Source: Octopus bimaculoides
Lineage: Eukaryota
Length of the DNA: 55,981 nt
Direction of reading: 5' to 3'
Assembly: GCF_001194135.2 (NCBI RefSeq)
Contig: NC_068982.1
Location: 123,986,822-124,042,802 of the forward strand
Part shown: positions 23,338-35,060 of the stretch, piece by piece
Layout: every line of letters begins with the position of its first letter
Position numbering within the stretch: position 1 is the first letter of the stretch
Made by a program: the position numbers and the translations under genes
Notes under the pieces: generated by a model
Told to the model about the DNA's origin: nothing
The model's database searches: none
What the model saw: the letters and a program-made list of their open reading frames with translations, nothing else

Positions 23338-24493
23338 GTGAGTAAAACCTATGACCAAGAAACGTTGTTGTTGAATGAGGTGGGGCAGTGGCAATGATAG
23401 TGGTGGTGATGGTGGCATGGCGGTAGCAGTGGTGGTGGTGGTGGTGGTTTGGTGGTGTAGCAGCGGTGGTGGTGGTGATGGTGGTGGCGGCGGTGGCAGT
23501 GGTAGTGGTGGCTATCGGCACTGCCTTCTCCTCCTCCACAGCTTGAACCTGAATGAACAGAACTATGATCAAAAGTTTTCCAGCCATAAACATTCTCCAT
23601 TATCGACCAATGAATTAACAAAGTCATTAGAGTGTCTGAAAGAATGCTTCACAATACTTTTCCCAACTCTCTACACTCAAGGCAAGGATGGTCAGAAAGA
23701 ATAGGCCTACTCTAAGTATGCACCTATTGATTAAAAGAAGATGGTGAGAAGAGGACTGTGGTTTTGTGGAGCATCCATGAGCAGCCAAGGAAGTCTCCCT
23801 CTGTAGGAGAACTATTCTTTGTTGGAATTTTACATTGTTGTTCTTTTTTATATGCTCGTTTATGTAACCCCACATTGTATTGCCCTGTTCCACCTCTAAT
23901 GTTTTTGTGAACTTTTAGTTATTGCTATTAGTATTTGTTGAGTGAGAGAGCAGTGCATGCCATCACAGTGACAGTGAAGTAAAATAAACGAAGCAATGAC
24001 CAAGACCTTTGGCATTATGTCGTGCTTGAGAAGAAGACCCATCAAACCAAGCAAAATCACAATCATGGTGGATACCGGTGTTACACAAATGGCACCCATG
24101 CCGGTGACACATAAAAGCACCCATTACACTCCTGGAGTGGTTGGCGTTTGGAAGGGCATCCAGCCATAGAAAACCATGCCAAATCAGACTGTGGTCTGGT
24201 GCAGCCTTCCAGCATCCCAGCCCAGTCAAACCGTCCAACCCATGGACAACAGATGTTAAATGATGATGATGAGGAGGAGAAGGAGGATGTTGATCATTTT
24301 ACTTTTTAACTCAGGTTTTGTTGGAATTCCTTAAGTCTTGCATGCATAGCAGGCTTGCTACGTGCAGCCTACAGTGTCATGCTATCTGTTTTCTTAATTA
24401 TCTAATACTTTCCTTATCATAGTAAATTTGTAATATTCTGTTTCATATCAAAATATTCTTTTTATGTCCAATTTTTATCAAAAGAATGTAAAA

Positions 24494-24536
<43 letters not shown>

Positions 24537-24653
24537 ATTATGATGAGTGTGCAGAAGATGCAGCTTGTGCTCAAGTTTGTGAAAATACCCTAGGCAGCTT
24601 TAGATGTTCCTGTCACTCAGGATACCGTCTTAGAGATGATGGAACATGTGATG
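24537..24653 (+). CDS. HMCN1: Hemicentin exon, cbEGF 4 (apparently supernumerary versus vertebrate HMCN1)
   Basis: (att)n cag|AT TAT GAT ... GAT G|gtagga; 117 nt; [39 protein letters not shown], six Cys intact. Confidence 0.9.
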
Positions 24654-25789
24654 GTAGGAAACAATGAATTTGTCCAGTCTCATCTTTATACTCTGTGCAT
24701 AATGTGATGTATGCTATTAAATACATATCTACAAAGTGGAAGAATCGTGTATTTTTTACTGAATGCGACTTCTACATTACAGTGTGGAAAAGTCATTCTA
24801 ACCATTTAATGAAGCACAAAGCTGTTAAGTTCATCTTAAATTTTAAATTTATTTCATAAGGTATCAACATAAGGTATCAACATTTTTATGTGATAGATCT
24901 GCAACCTGGTTACTGACACAGTCCCACTGAAACTGCAGTAATGCAATAGAACTGTGTCAGTGACCAACTAACTTGCAGTTACACTCATGAAATGAATAAA
25001 TTTAAAGTTAATCAACAGCTTTTCCACATTGTAATTGTTTCAGTTCTAACAGTCTCAGATCAAATCACTTACAAGAATAAAGCTGAAGTTAAAGAGAGCA
25101 AAGAATATATTTTATTTTCAAACAGTGATACATTTAAGTCTTTCAGTAACAATCTGTCTGAGACAACCCTTTGTTCAATGATGCTTCCACTCTAATTGCA
25201 TGTTAATTTATGTTCCAGACACCAGTTTAATAATGATAAAGCTATTTTACTGAATTCCTTATTATTTTCAAAATTAGTGAAAACAAGGACTGTAGATTTC
25301 AACAGAAACAATGATAAAGTTAAAATGTTTGTTAATTAGCTTGTTCTTTTGTGTTCGTACATGTTTGTTTTTTTGTAGTGGGAGGTTAAATTCAAAATAA
25401 TAAATTTGTAATATTCAGTTTCAAATGAAAATATTCTGTCAAATTTTTATCAAAAGAATGTAAAATGTTTGGTAATGAATAAAGTCAGCAGTACTAGATA
25501 CTATAGACAAAATTTCTTGTTTATAAACCATGAGAAATATTAGTAGAACAGAAAGGAAAACGAAAATTAACATAATTTACAGGAAGTCGAGTATCTGTAA
25601 ATTTATATAACATCAGTTAATTATCAAAGTAAGAAATGAATAGAAAACTAATAACAACTATTCTAGAATTCTACTGATAATACCCAATTGCTATCCTTGT
25701 TCCTCTTCCAAATAAGATTCATTTGATTGGACACACAATTAAATTCAATTATTTATGCTAATAATTCATTTGTGGAGGTGGTAACAGTA

Positions 25790-26150
25790 GCAGCATTGCA
25801 GTCAGCATCTTCAGTGTCAGCATAATTTTAATGTTCACTTTTCTATGATTACGTGGGTCAGATGGAATTTGTTGAAGGAGATTTTCTTGTTGCCAACATC
25901 CATCTGTTTCCAAGTAAGGTAATATTTTCCCTTGGTCAGACATTTTCACAGAAGATTGGAAATGAACAGCACCACTTAATGCTTGTTTAAAACTATCTTT
26001 TTATCTAAAGACAAGGAAATACATATATGGTGGGCTTCTTTCAGTTTCTGTTTACCAAATCCACTCACTAGGCCTAAGTCAATAATAAAAGACACTTGCT
26101 CAAGGTATCATACAGTGGGACTGAACCTGAAACCATGTAGTTGAGAAGCA
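25790..26150 (-). mobile_element. SINE with family-D head and RTE-like tail
   Basis: Reverse complement matches the + copy at about 27190-27545 (ccttgggcaagtgtctt...atattaccttgcttggaaac...gcatggaaaagt...gatgatgac). Confidence 0.7.
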
Positions 26151-26356
26151 AATCACACTGCCATTTCAATTTGAACAGTTATTTTCAATGGTTGTTTTTA
26201 AGAAACATTTCAACAGTCATTTTAAAACCTAAATTAACAATCATTTTTACCTGTCATTTTTAGCAATCATTTTTACCAGTAATTTTCAGCATTCAGTTTA
26301 ACAGTCATTTGTTTCAACATAAGCTAAAATTTGAATATAATTTTTTTTTATTTCAG

Positions 26357-26488
26357 ATATTGATGAATGCTTAGAAAAACAGCATGATTGTGATTTCCGG
26401 CACCGCTGTCAGAATACAATGGGAAGCTATCAGTGCACTAGATTCTGTGCCCCAGGTTTTAAACTAGGCTTTGGAAGTGTATGTGTTG
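26357..26488 (+). CDS. HMCN1: Hemicentin exon, cbEGF 5
   Basis: tttcag|AT ATT GAT ... GTT G|gtaagt; 132 nt; DIDECLEKQHDCDFRHRCQNTMGSYQCTRFCAPGFKLGFGSVCV. Confidence 0.95.
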
Positions 26489-27725
26489 GTAAGTAGGCTA
26501 CTCGCTTCCTCTCTCACAATATCACCACCACCTACCAGTATTCTTCCTTTACTTAATTCCATTTTTCAATTCACAATTTTCTAACCAAGACAGCAGCATT
26601 CCTATATACTCTCCCCCCCCCCTCTATCTCAGAAGGCAGACAAATGCTCAAAATATTTAATTCTTTCACTCTTCATGACAAGTATAACTCTGAAATTTTT
26701 ATATTTATTTTCGACAAGAGCAATGCTAGTTTGAGAGATCAATGAATATAGGATTTTTATTTAAAATGGTAATTCAAACAGGTTGTTAATTAGCTTGTTC
26801 TTTTGTACTTGTTTGATTTATTATTGGGAGTTAAATTAAAAATGATAACTTTGTAACATTTAGTATTTAAACAAAATATTATATTTGTAACAAACTTTGA
26901 TAACAGAATGTGTTGGATATTTGATAATCATACACTAAACTATGAATGAAGTCAGCAATATACGATCAAAATTTCTTGTCAATTTTTATGAAGAAACATT
27001 AGTAAAAGAATTAACAAAGGAAAAGCATTCACAAAATATGTTGAATATTGATCACCTGTAAATTCATAAAAATATTTGTTAACAGTCACTTTTTGGCAGT
27101 ATATGTGTTGGTAAGTTAGTTATTTTTAGGGACAAAGACTGCCACCACTTTCCACGGATTCCCTATTTTGCCATAAATTTTTAAATTATGTGGCATCTTG
27201 GGCAAGTGTCTTCTACTATAGCCTTGGGCCAACCAAAGCCTTGTGAGTGGATTCGATAGGTGAAAACTGAAAGAAACCCATNNNNNNNNNNGGGGGGGGG
27301 GGGGGTAAATCTTTGTTGGTTGTCTTGATATCATCTGATGGCTGTAAATGAGCATCACTGTCATACAAGCAATGTTGTTCATTTCCAATCTTCCATGGAA
27401 ATATGCCTAGCAACGGGAAAATATTACCTTGCTTGGAAACAAATGAAAGTTGGCAACAGGAAGGGCATCAAGCCATAGAAAATCTACCTCTACAAATGCT
27501 GTCTGACCCATATAAGCATGGAAAAGTGAATGCTAAATCTTGATGATGACAATGATGACAGTGGCAACAATATCAATGATGACAATGACAACTGCTAGTC
27601 TTATATATTGCAAATGTAATCAAAATAAGATTTACAGTTTAATATTCTTGTGTATTTCTGTTTCTATTTCTGTCTCTCTTTATCATTTGTCTCTTTATTT
27701 TATCATTGCCTTTATTTCTTGATAG

Positions 27726-27854
27726 ATATTGATGAATGTGACTTAAGAAAACACCAGTGCCATCCAACACAAAACTGTAATAACATGCACGGAAGTTATG
27801 AATGTACCTGTCAGTCAGGATATACATCACAAGGAGTGGGCCATGAGTGTGTTG
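27726..27854 (+). CDS. HMCN1: Hemicentin exon, cbEGF 6
   Basis: gatag|AT ATT GAT ... GTT G|gtaaga; 129 nt; DIDECDLRKHQCHPTQNCNNMHGSYECTCQSGYTSQGVGHECV with the hemicentin-typical SQGVG motif. Confidence 0.96.
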
Positions 27855-28169
27855 GTAAGATTCTTCTTTCTTGTGTACACTTCATTTACAATAATCCAAT
27901 CTTCAGTTTCCTAAATTTATTTGATGTCAAGATATTAAATACTACTCATTGCAAACTATAGTCTTCAGATCTTTCCTTTCTAGCAATAAAATGAAGCATT
28001 GTTAACTTTCTACTATTTAACACAAAACATTTTTTTGATAAACATTTTCATATTACTCAGCCCTTTTCACTTCAACAATTGGTAATAAATCCATTGCAAA
28101 GAATCTACCATAAATTTAATTATTAAAAGAATAATAAAGGTCAACTTAGATTAAAAATTATATATCCCT

Positions 28170-28420
28170 CAGCAAAAAATTTATATATTTATAATTGTTT
28201 TACCGCAAAAATGTATATATTTATCATTCTTTTACAGCAAAAATGTATATATTTATCATTCTTTTACAGCAAAAATGTATATATTTATAACTGTTTCACA
28301 GCAAAAATTCTTATATTTATAATTGTTTTACAGCAAAAATTTATGTTTATAATTATTTTACAGCAAAAATTTAGATATTCATAATTGTCTTATTGCAGAA
28401 ATTTATATATCTATAATTTA
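28170..28420. repeat. 32-bp AT-rich minisatellite, about 8 units
   Basis: Unit cagcaaaaatgtatatatttatcattctttta, starting at 28170, 28203, 28235, 28267, 28299, 28331, 28361 and 28393. Confidence 0.9.
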
Positions 28421-28771
28421 TTTTAATTATGTTATAAGATGTAAAAATACTAGGTTAAGCATAACTGATGAAAATTGGTAAGTTATTGAATATTTTGAAG
28501 TTGTATTTCCACAAATAATAATACGATAATATGATACGAGTGATGTTAGTAAAATCTGTATAAATGAATTCTCAGAAGCAATGTTATTACATGTGTGGGG
28601 CTTGTTTTCTCAAATTGCAATCAAAGCAGCACATCTTGGAAGTCAAATTGTCTTCAAATAAAATCAGTACAATCATGTGACAGGTTTTATTCATGATGGT
28701 ATTGTTTATTCTTTATTTTATTTATAACATACAAACATTAATTGCTTATTCTTTATTTTACAGCTTTGATA

Positions 28772-29783
28772 ATAAGTGGTGAAAAAATTGCAATTAGAGT
28801 CATTTTATGTTACCTGTGGAAAAAAGGACTGAGTGCTAGGGCAGCTGCAATAGAAATTAATGATGTGGAAGGCTCAGGAACTGTTGACGAACTTGTGGCA
28901 CGAGACTGGTTCAGACATTTCAAGAAAGGTGTAACCAGACTTGAAGACAAACCAAGGTCAGGGAGACTTTCTGTTGTGGAAGATGAGGGCTTGCTTGAAA
29001 TGGTTGAACAACAGCCAAGCACAAGCAATTACACATTGTTGGCAGAGCTTCACCCTTCCCAAACCACCATCAATTGACACCTCCATTAGTTCAACCTTGT
29101 GAACAGACACTGTCAAGATGCTCCTCGTGAACTAACTTATGACCAGGCTCAACTACATATGAACATATGCAAACAACTGCTGGTAAATCCTTGAGATGCA
29201 CGTTTTTGGCTTTGAATTATAGATCAATTTTCATTACCCAAATAAGAGAAATCAGTGGCTTTGTTCTGGCCAAGCTTCTGAACCTGTTGTTAAACAAGGG
29301 TGGTTTGAACAATCCCACATTATGTGTTTGGTAGAATTTTGAGTGTGTTACACTTTGAACTGGTCCCAGATGATCATGCTGTGAACGCCAACCTTTATGC
29401 TCAACAACTGCAGCAAATATATGAAGCTTTAAAAGCCTAACACCTAGCATTGGTCAACTGAAGATGTACACTCTTATAGCATGACAATGCTCAGGTACAC
29501 ATTGCCAATGTAACCATGTGCAAACTTGAGAAGCTCGCAGAGCTGGAAGTGCTGTCTCATCCTACAGTCCAGACCCTGTACCATCAGATTACCACCATTT
29601 TCAAACCATGGGTCATTTCTTACACAAACAGAAGTTGAACAATGTGGATGAAGTTGATAATGGGCGCAGGAGTTTTTTGCCTTTAAACCAGCCAAATTGT
29701 ATAAGCATGAAATTGAACTTCTAGCACAACAATGACAACAGGAAATAAAATATGAGGGGTTATATTTTGATGAATAAATGCCG

Positions 29784-29814
<31 letters not shown>

Positions 29815-29870
29815 TTTATTTGAACTATAACTAAATCTTGAAATTCAAAAAAACTTTTGACTCAACCTGA
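28772..29870 (+). mobile_element. Decayed mariner transposon (pseudogenised transposase)
   Basis: HTH region EKIAIRVILCYLWKKGLSARAAAIEINDVEG...WFRHFKKG...LEDKPRSGR; HDNA and SPDxxPSDY remnants with stops and frameshifts; TIR-like aaacttttgactcaacctga followed by TA. Confidence 0.88.
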
Positions 29871-31122
29871 TATCAAATACTACAGATCTCATATTTTCAG
29901 GCACCTCATGCTTAATGCTTTGTTATTATAGTACTATTCTGTCTTCAAACTTTATGACTAGCTGGGTGTTTAAGGCTGATGTAATACTAGATCCAATGCA
30001 CTTTAAATCAAAAGCTCACAAGCAAGGTTTCATCCAAATTTCCCCAAACACTGAGCAGAACTTCTGATGTTTTGACTAAATATATTTTAAATCAAAGCTA
30101 GTGTGTAGCATTCAAGCTTTTCACACAGCTTATCAAATAGACATTTGTAAATTACAAAGAGCATCATCAATACAGCAATTGTGTTGCTGTGCACCCATGC
30201 AGCTGTGCACTCATACAGCTGTACACCTATGCAGTTTAAAGGGAATGTTGGCTTGCAAGTTATCTTTTCTGATTAAGGGATTCTGCTCTTGTTCTGTTAC
30301 TATAGTTCGTATGCTGCCTTCATCTTTCATGGATGACAAGATGTTTGAAATTGATCTAGTATTCAAGATACTTCCAAGACCCAATACATTTTAAATGAAA
30401 TAAAATAAAATAGTTGAAGTGAATGGCAATGATAAATAGTTAGATTTTTGTCAATTGTTGATTCATAAAATTGCCATTCTATTTCTCTATTTTAATGCAT
30501 TAAATTAATCTCACAATGATTTCTTACATAGATACAAAGCCAACAAATTTGGAGGAGACATTCAGTAATGCAGTACGCAGTATGTCACTGTCATAACGTC
30601 CAAATTTGTCACAATAATTAAGCTTGTTTTTTTCATACTAATACATTATAGACAGCACAATGTCAAGCAACTCCATTAAATCAAATCAGAAATTTAAGTA
30701 GATATGATATGTTATTGTATACAATTTCCACTTTAACCTATGTGTTTTTGCAAAATATTTTTGCACAAATAGCAAGTTTAAATTAATATAGTCATAGTTT
30801 CAAAGTCAAATAACAAAAATTACTTAGTATTCAATTCATGTACCAGAAAAGAATATCTAACATGTAAATATTAGTTGTTTGAGTGACAATGCTACATTTA
30901 GTGAATTCACATAATGTTGTTGCATTTAAGATTTGTGTTTTTAGGTCTGATGCAAAACAATATGAGGATGCATGGAAGAGATGGATACGACCATTCACAT
31001 GTACCACATAATTTACCTAGTCTAAGCTGTTATCTTCTTGGTTTTGTTTTTTTTAATATCTCAAACACATCAGCAAACAGGTAGATATCAAGTTTTAAAT
31101 AAATTAATAAATGGTAGGTGAA

Positions 31123-31440
31123 GGCATGTGACTCAGTGGTGAGGGTATTCAGCTCATGATCATAGGTCATAAGTTCAATTCCCAGTTGTACATTGTGTCC
31201 TTGAGCAAGACACTTTATTTCTTGCTGTTCCAGTTCACTCAGCTGGCAAAAATGAGTCGTACCTGTAATTCAAATGGTCAGTTTTGTTACATTCTGTGTC
31301 GCATGGATTCACTCTGAGAACTACGTTAAGGTACACATGTCTGTGGAGTGCTCAGCCACTCACACATTAATTTCACAACCAGGTTGCTCCATTAATAAGA
31401 TCACCTGGAACCCTCGTCATCATAACTGATGAAGTGCCAG
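31123..31440 (+). mobile_element. CORE-like SINE with family-C 3' tail
   Basis: tRNA head, ttgtgtccttgagcaagacactt block, tail gagaactacgttaagg...ctcagccact...ctggaaccctcgtc; a sister copy is at about 41553-41840. Confidence 0.82.
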
Positions 31441-32541
31441 TTTAGTAGAACTCCTTTCTTTCACTTTTATTTTGTGTCCTTCTTCACACTATTTCCGTGC
31501 TTGTTAATCCATATGCATTGGTCTTTCAAATAAAAAAGTTGGATCCTTAAATAATTATACTTATATAATTACAATTATAAAATAGGTAAATCTTATAATT
31601 TAGTGCCCCTTTATGACATAGTATTGGATCCACACTAACTTAATCTGACCCTGTGTATATGTATGTGTGCATGTGTGCATCTATGAGGAAATATATTGTG
31701 TAAAGATGATGATTACAATCAGAAATCTTGGCATGCTAAATCAAAGTTTTGTTTGCAATTTAGTGCTTGTTATCTTAGTCTTCACAATCTCAAATTCAAA
31801 ATCATTTATTCCCCATGGTATTATATTGCATGTTAAACTAAATATTAATTTATTAATTTCTCCTGCTTCCTTAAATTCCAAACCTGTAGTCATGCATTAG
31901 TTATGATTTCTTTTAGTAATATTGCAGATACCAAAACAGTTGATCACTGGTGCCTCATTGTTCTAAATTCAAATCCTGTTGGAATCATTGTCACTTTTCA
32001 GCTCACCAGAAAGGGGCTATACTTCTATTAGGCACAAAATATTTTAACAATGTTTTAAATATAAAATTCCTAATAATATTTATTTATAAAAATATAATGA
32101 GTTTTTAAACATCACATGGCTAGGAGGGTCCATCTAAGTAAAATAGAAATCAAAGGAGTCCATAGGTAAAGATGCTGCAGAATGTTCCTAAACAGGTGAC
32201 ATATTCTTTTCATGTCCAACAATATGAAATGGCATATCAAAACCAATATTGTAAAATTTTTGTATAATATTTTTTGCTTATTTCAAATGTAACTTCTTAT
32301 TTCTTTTGGCAGTTAGTAATATCAAGGCTCTGCTGTTTACTAATGATCTTTGACTTGAGCTTTTCTCTTTGCTCTTTCTCTATATCCCTTGTGTTTTACA
32401 GTATTTTACATTTATATTTATTGTAGGACATCGACAAATATTTCAAAGTGTTGAAAGCCTCGATCACATAAAATGTTCAATGTGTTTGAATATATTTAGA
32501 GAAGGGTCAACTTAGCCTTCAATTTTACCTTCCATTTTCAG

Positions 32542-32664
32542 ATATCAATGAATGTACTGAAAAACCAGATGTTTGTTTGCATCAGTGTGTAAATACAGAT
32601 GGCAATTATGAGTGTCTTTGCCCACCAGGTCAGCTCAGACTGCCTGATAAGAAGTCATGTGTTG
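32542..32664 (+). CDS. HMCN1: Hemicentin exon, cbEGF 7
   Basis: tttcag|AT ATC AAT ... GTT G|gtgaat; 123 nt; DINECTEKPDVCLHQCVNTDGNYECLCPPGQLRLPDKKSCV. Confidence 0.96.
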
Positions 32665-32824
32665 GTGAATAGATTTTTTATGTTTTTACTCATAAAATGA
32701 CATCATTAAACTATACTTTATTTTTGTTCTGGACACACGCATACACACACACACATGGAGGAATACAGATATAGATATAAAAATATGTATATACATGAAG
32801 TGTTTGTGTGTGTGTGTGTCACTC

Positions 32825-32865
32825 AAAGATATATATATATGTATGTATGTATGTATCTGTATATG

Positions 32866-32918
<53 letters not shown>

Positions 32919-33032
32919 GTGTATGTATGTATGTATGTATCTGTGTATGTATGTATGTATGTATGTATCTGTGTATGTATGTATGTATGTATCTGTATAT
33001 ATCTGTATATGTATATATATATATATATACAC
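32825..33032. repeat. (TA)n/(TATG)n microsatellite with recurring tatctg interruptions
   Basis: Direct reading. Confidence 0.95.
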
Positions 33033-33337
33033 ACAAGATTCAGTTCAATTAGGTACTTAAATTGAGGTACCTTAGGTCTAAGTAACATGCATGCTCAACA
33101 ATATTGAGTGGATATCAGACTTGGTGCATAAGTGCTATCCATATGATATTCTTGCAGCAAATGCAGATAATAAGACCCAGCTGAGTGAAGAAATCCGCTC
33201 TTAGCTATTCAAACATGTACTTTATTAAAAATACTGTCTATAATATTTATGAAGCTCAGATTCCAGGATGGGTGAATGAAATATGAGTAACAAAGTGGTA
33301 CGGGTGTTAATGAATTGACACCTGTACCTCTTTGTTA

Positions 33338-33373
<36 letters not shown>

Positions 33374-34225
33374 NNNNNNNNNNNNNNNNNNNNNNNNNNN
33401 NNNNNNNNNNNNNNNNNNNNNNNNNNNNNNNNNNNNNNNNNNNNNNNNNNNNNNNNNNNNNNNNNNNNNNNNNNNNNNNNNNNNNNNNNNNNNNNNNNNN
33501 NNNNNNNNNNNNNNNNNNNNNNNNNNNNNNNNNNNNNNNNNNNNNNNNNNNNNNNNNNNNNNNNNNNNNNNNNNNNNNNNNNNNNNNNNNNNNNNNTATA
33601 TATAAATATATATATATATATAAAATATATAGTTTTAGGGAAAATAACCAATTTTCAAGAACTCATCGATGAAAATCCACTATCACATATAGAAAAATTA
33701 ATAATTAAAAGCACAATAAATGAGTATAATATAAAGTAAAGTAAATATCATAAGATAAATATAATATAATAAAAAGATATATATATATATAGTAGGAGAA
33801 TGGTAGGTTGTGATCCGATGGGATACAATTAAAAATGATTTCTTTCAAATTGGAATTGAAACTGGACAATGGATTTCATTTTCTAAAAGTAATGTTGTAC
33901 CACAGCACTTTACTTCCATAGTGATACTAATATTATTGATATGAAAGACTAAAAGTTAAAAAAACAAACTTGAAATCTGTGATGAAAATGTACACACATC
34001 TTTAATCTTTTTTTTAAGATATACCCTATAGAGAATTATACCAGAATTAGGTTGAGATTTGCACTAGCTGTCTGGCACATTTAATACTCATTTTGAATAT
34101 AAGATAGAAAATTTTTTAATTACATAAAGAATTAGATAGATATTAATCCTGTGTTCAGCAGCTGCAAAGGCTGAATATTTTCACAAATATTATCCATTTT
34201 AAGAATGCTTCCTTCAGTTATTCAA

Positions 34226-34445
34226 CCCTTTAGCACTAAAAGTGGCCGTATCCGGCGAAAATATTCTTATCGTTTTATGTTCAAACCAGCCAGATTCAAC
34301 CTCTCACATCTATCGTACACCATCATTCTAAAAACAAACAATCACATCATTAAAATCTCAAAGCTACAAGACAATGCATGATTAATTCAAAACAATGTGA
34401 ATAAATAAGCATTACATTTGACAGAGTAATCTGAATGCTAAAGGC
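34226..34445 (+). mobile_element. TTAA-flanked MITE
   Basis: tcaa|ccctttagca ... tgctaaaggc|ttaa; an inverted copy is at 42983-43200. Confidence 0.8.
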
Positions 34446-34610
34446 TTAATAGAGTTTTAACTCAGACAATGTTTAATTACTTTTTTAAAACTTGGAAGGA
34501 CGCTTTACTTCAAGCTACAGTTTTTTCCAACGCACAGATAAGAAATGAGTAGCTATAAGACCTAATATATATTCTGTTTATAGAAAACAATGATATTGTT
34601 TCTCTTACAG

Positions 34611-34808
34611 GGCTGGTACATGTTGATGAGGATGCAAGGGGTGGTAGATTACCCGGGGAAAATTCACGCATCTTTGATGACATTCCTTTCGATAGACTCA
34701 ACAAATCAATATTCCTTTCTCCTCTTGACCCAGACAAGATCCAGCTGGCAGATGCTCCAACCTGTCCACCTGGACATCAGTATGATCAACAACATGCAAC
34801 TTGCATTG
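34611..34808 (+). CDS. HMCN1: Hemicentin exon, non-modular linker plus partial EGF
   Basis: ttacag|GG CTG GTA ... ATT G|gtatat; 198 nt open in phase; GLVHVDEDARGGRLPGENSRIFDDIPFDRLNKSIFLSPLDPDKIQLADAPTCPPGHQYDQQHATCI; starts GL and ends TCPxG...TC like the vertebrate linker. Confidence 0.88.
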
Positions 34809-35060
34809 GTATATCATCTCCATTTCAAATAGCTTACCCATTAAAACCTCCTTGCTTCATAAATTTAAAAAAGACACAAAGCCATCCTTAACATCAATGC
34901 TTAAATTTATTAACCTAATGTCACTTTGTTGTGTACAAGATTTAATATCATTGCCGTAGTCTCATTATAGAAAATGTTACATTTCCCCATTTTTCTACCT
35001 GCCAACCTTTCATAATAACTGAAATGAAGTTCATACCAATATATAAATATATACATTATA

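Noticed and set aside
23309-23704. Poly-Thr/His/Gly ORFs (also 54923-55313)
   Set aside because: Trinucleotide low-complexity sequence inside introns, with no splice or homology support.
30945-31080. ttttag followed by open frames (GLMQNNMR... or SDAKQYEDAWKRWIRPFTCTT*)
   Set aside because: The only strong donor is phase 2, which is incompatible with the flanking phase-1 exons, and neither peptide has recognisable homology.
33374-33596. Possibility that gaps hide extra hemicentin exons (also 38606-38925)
   Set aside because: This cannot be excluded because phase-1 exons would keep the frame, but the flanking exons already match the expected domain order and no sequence supports it.
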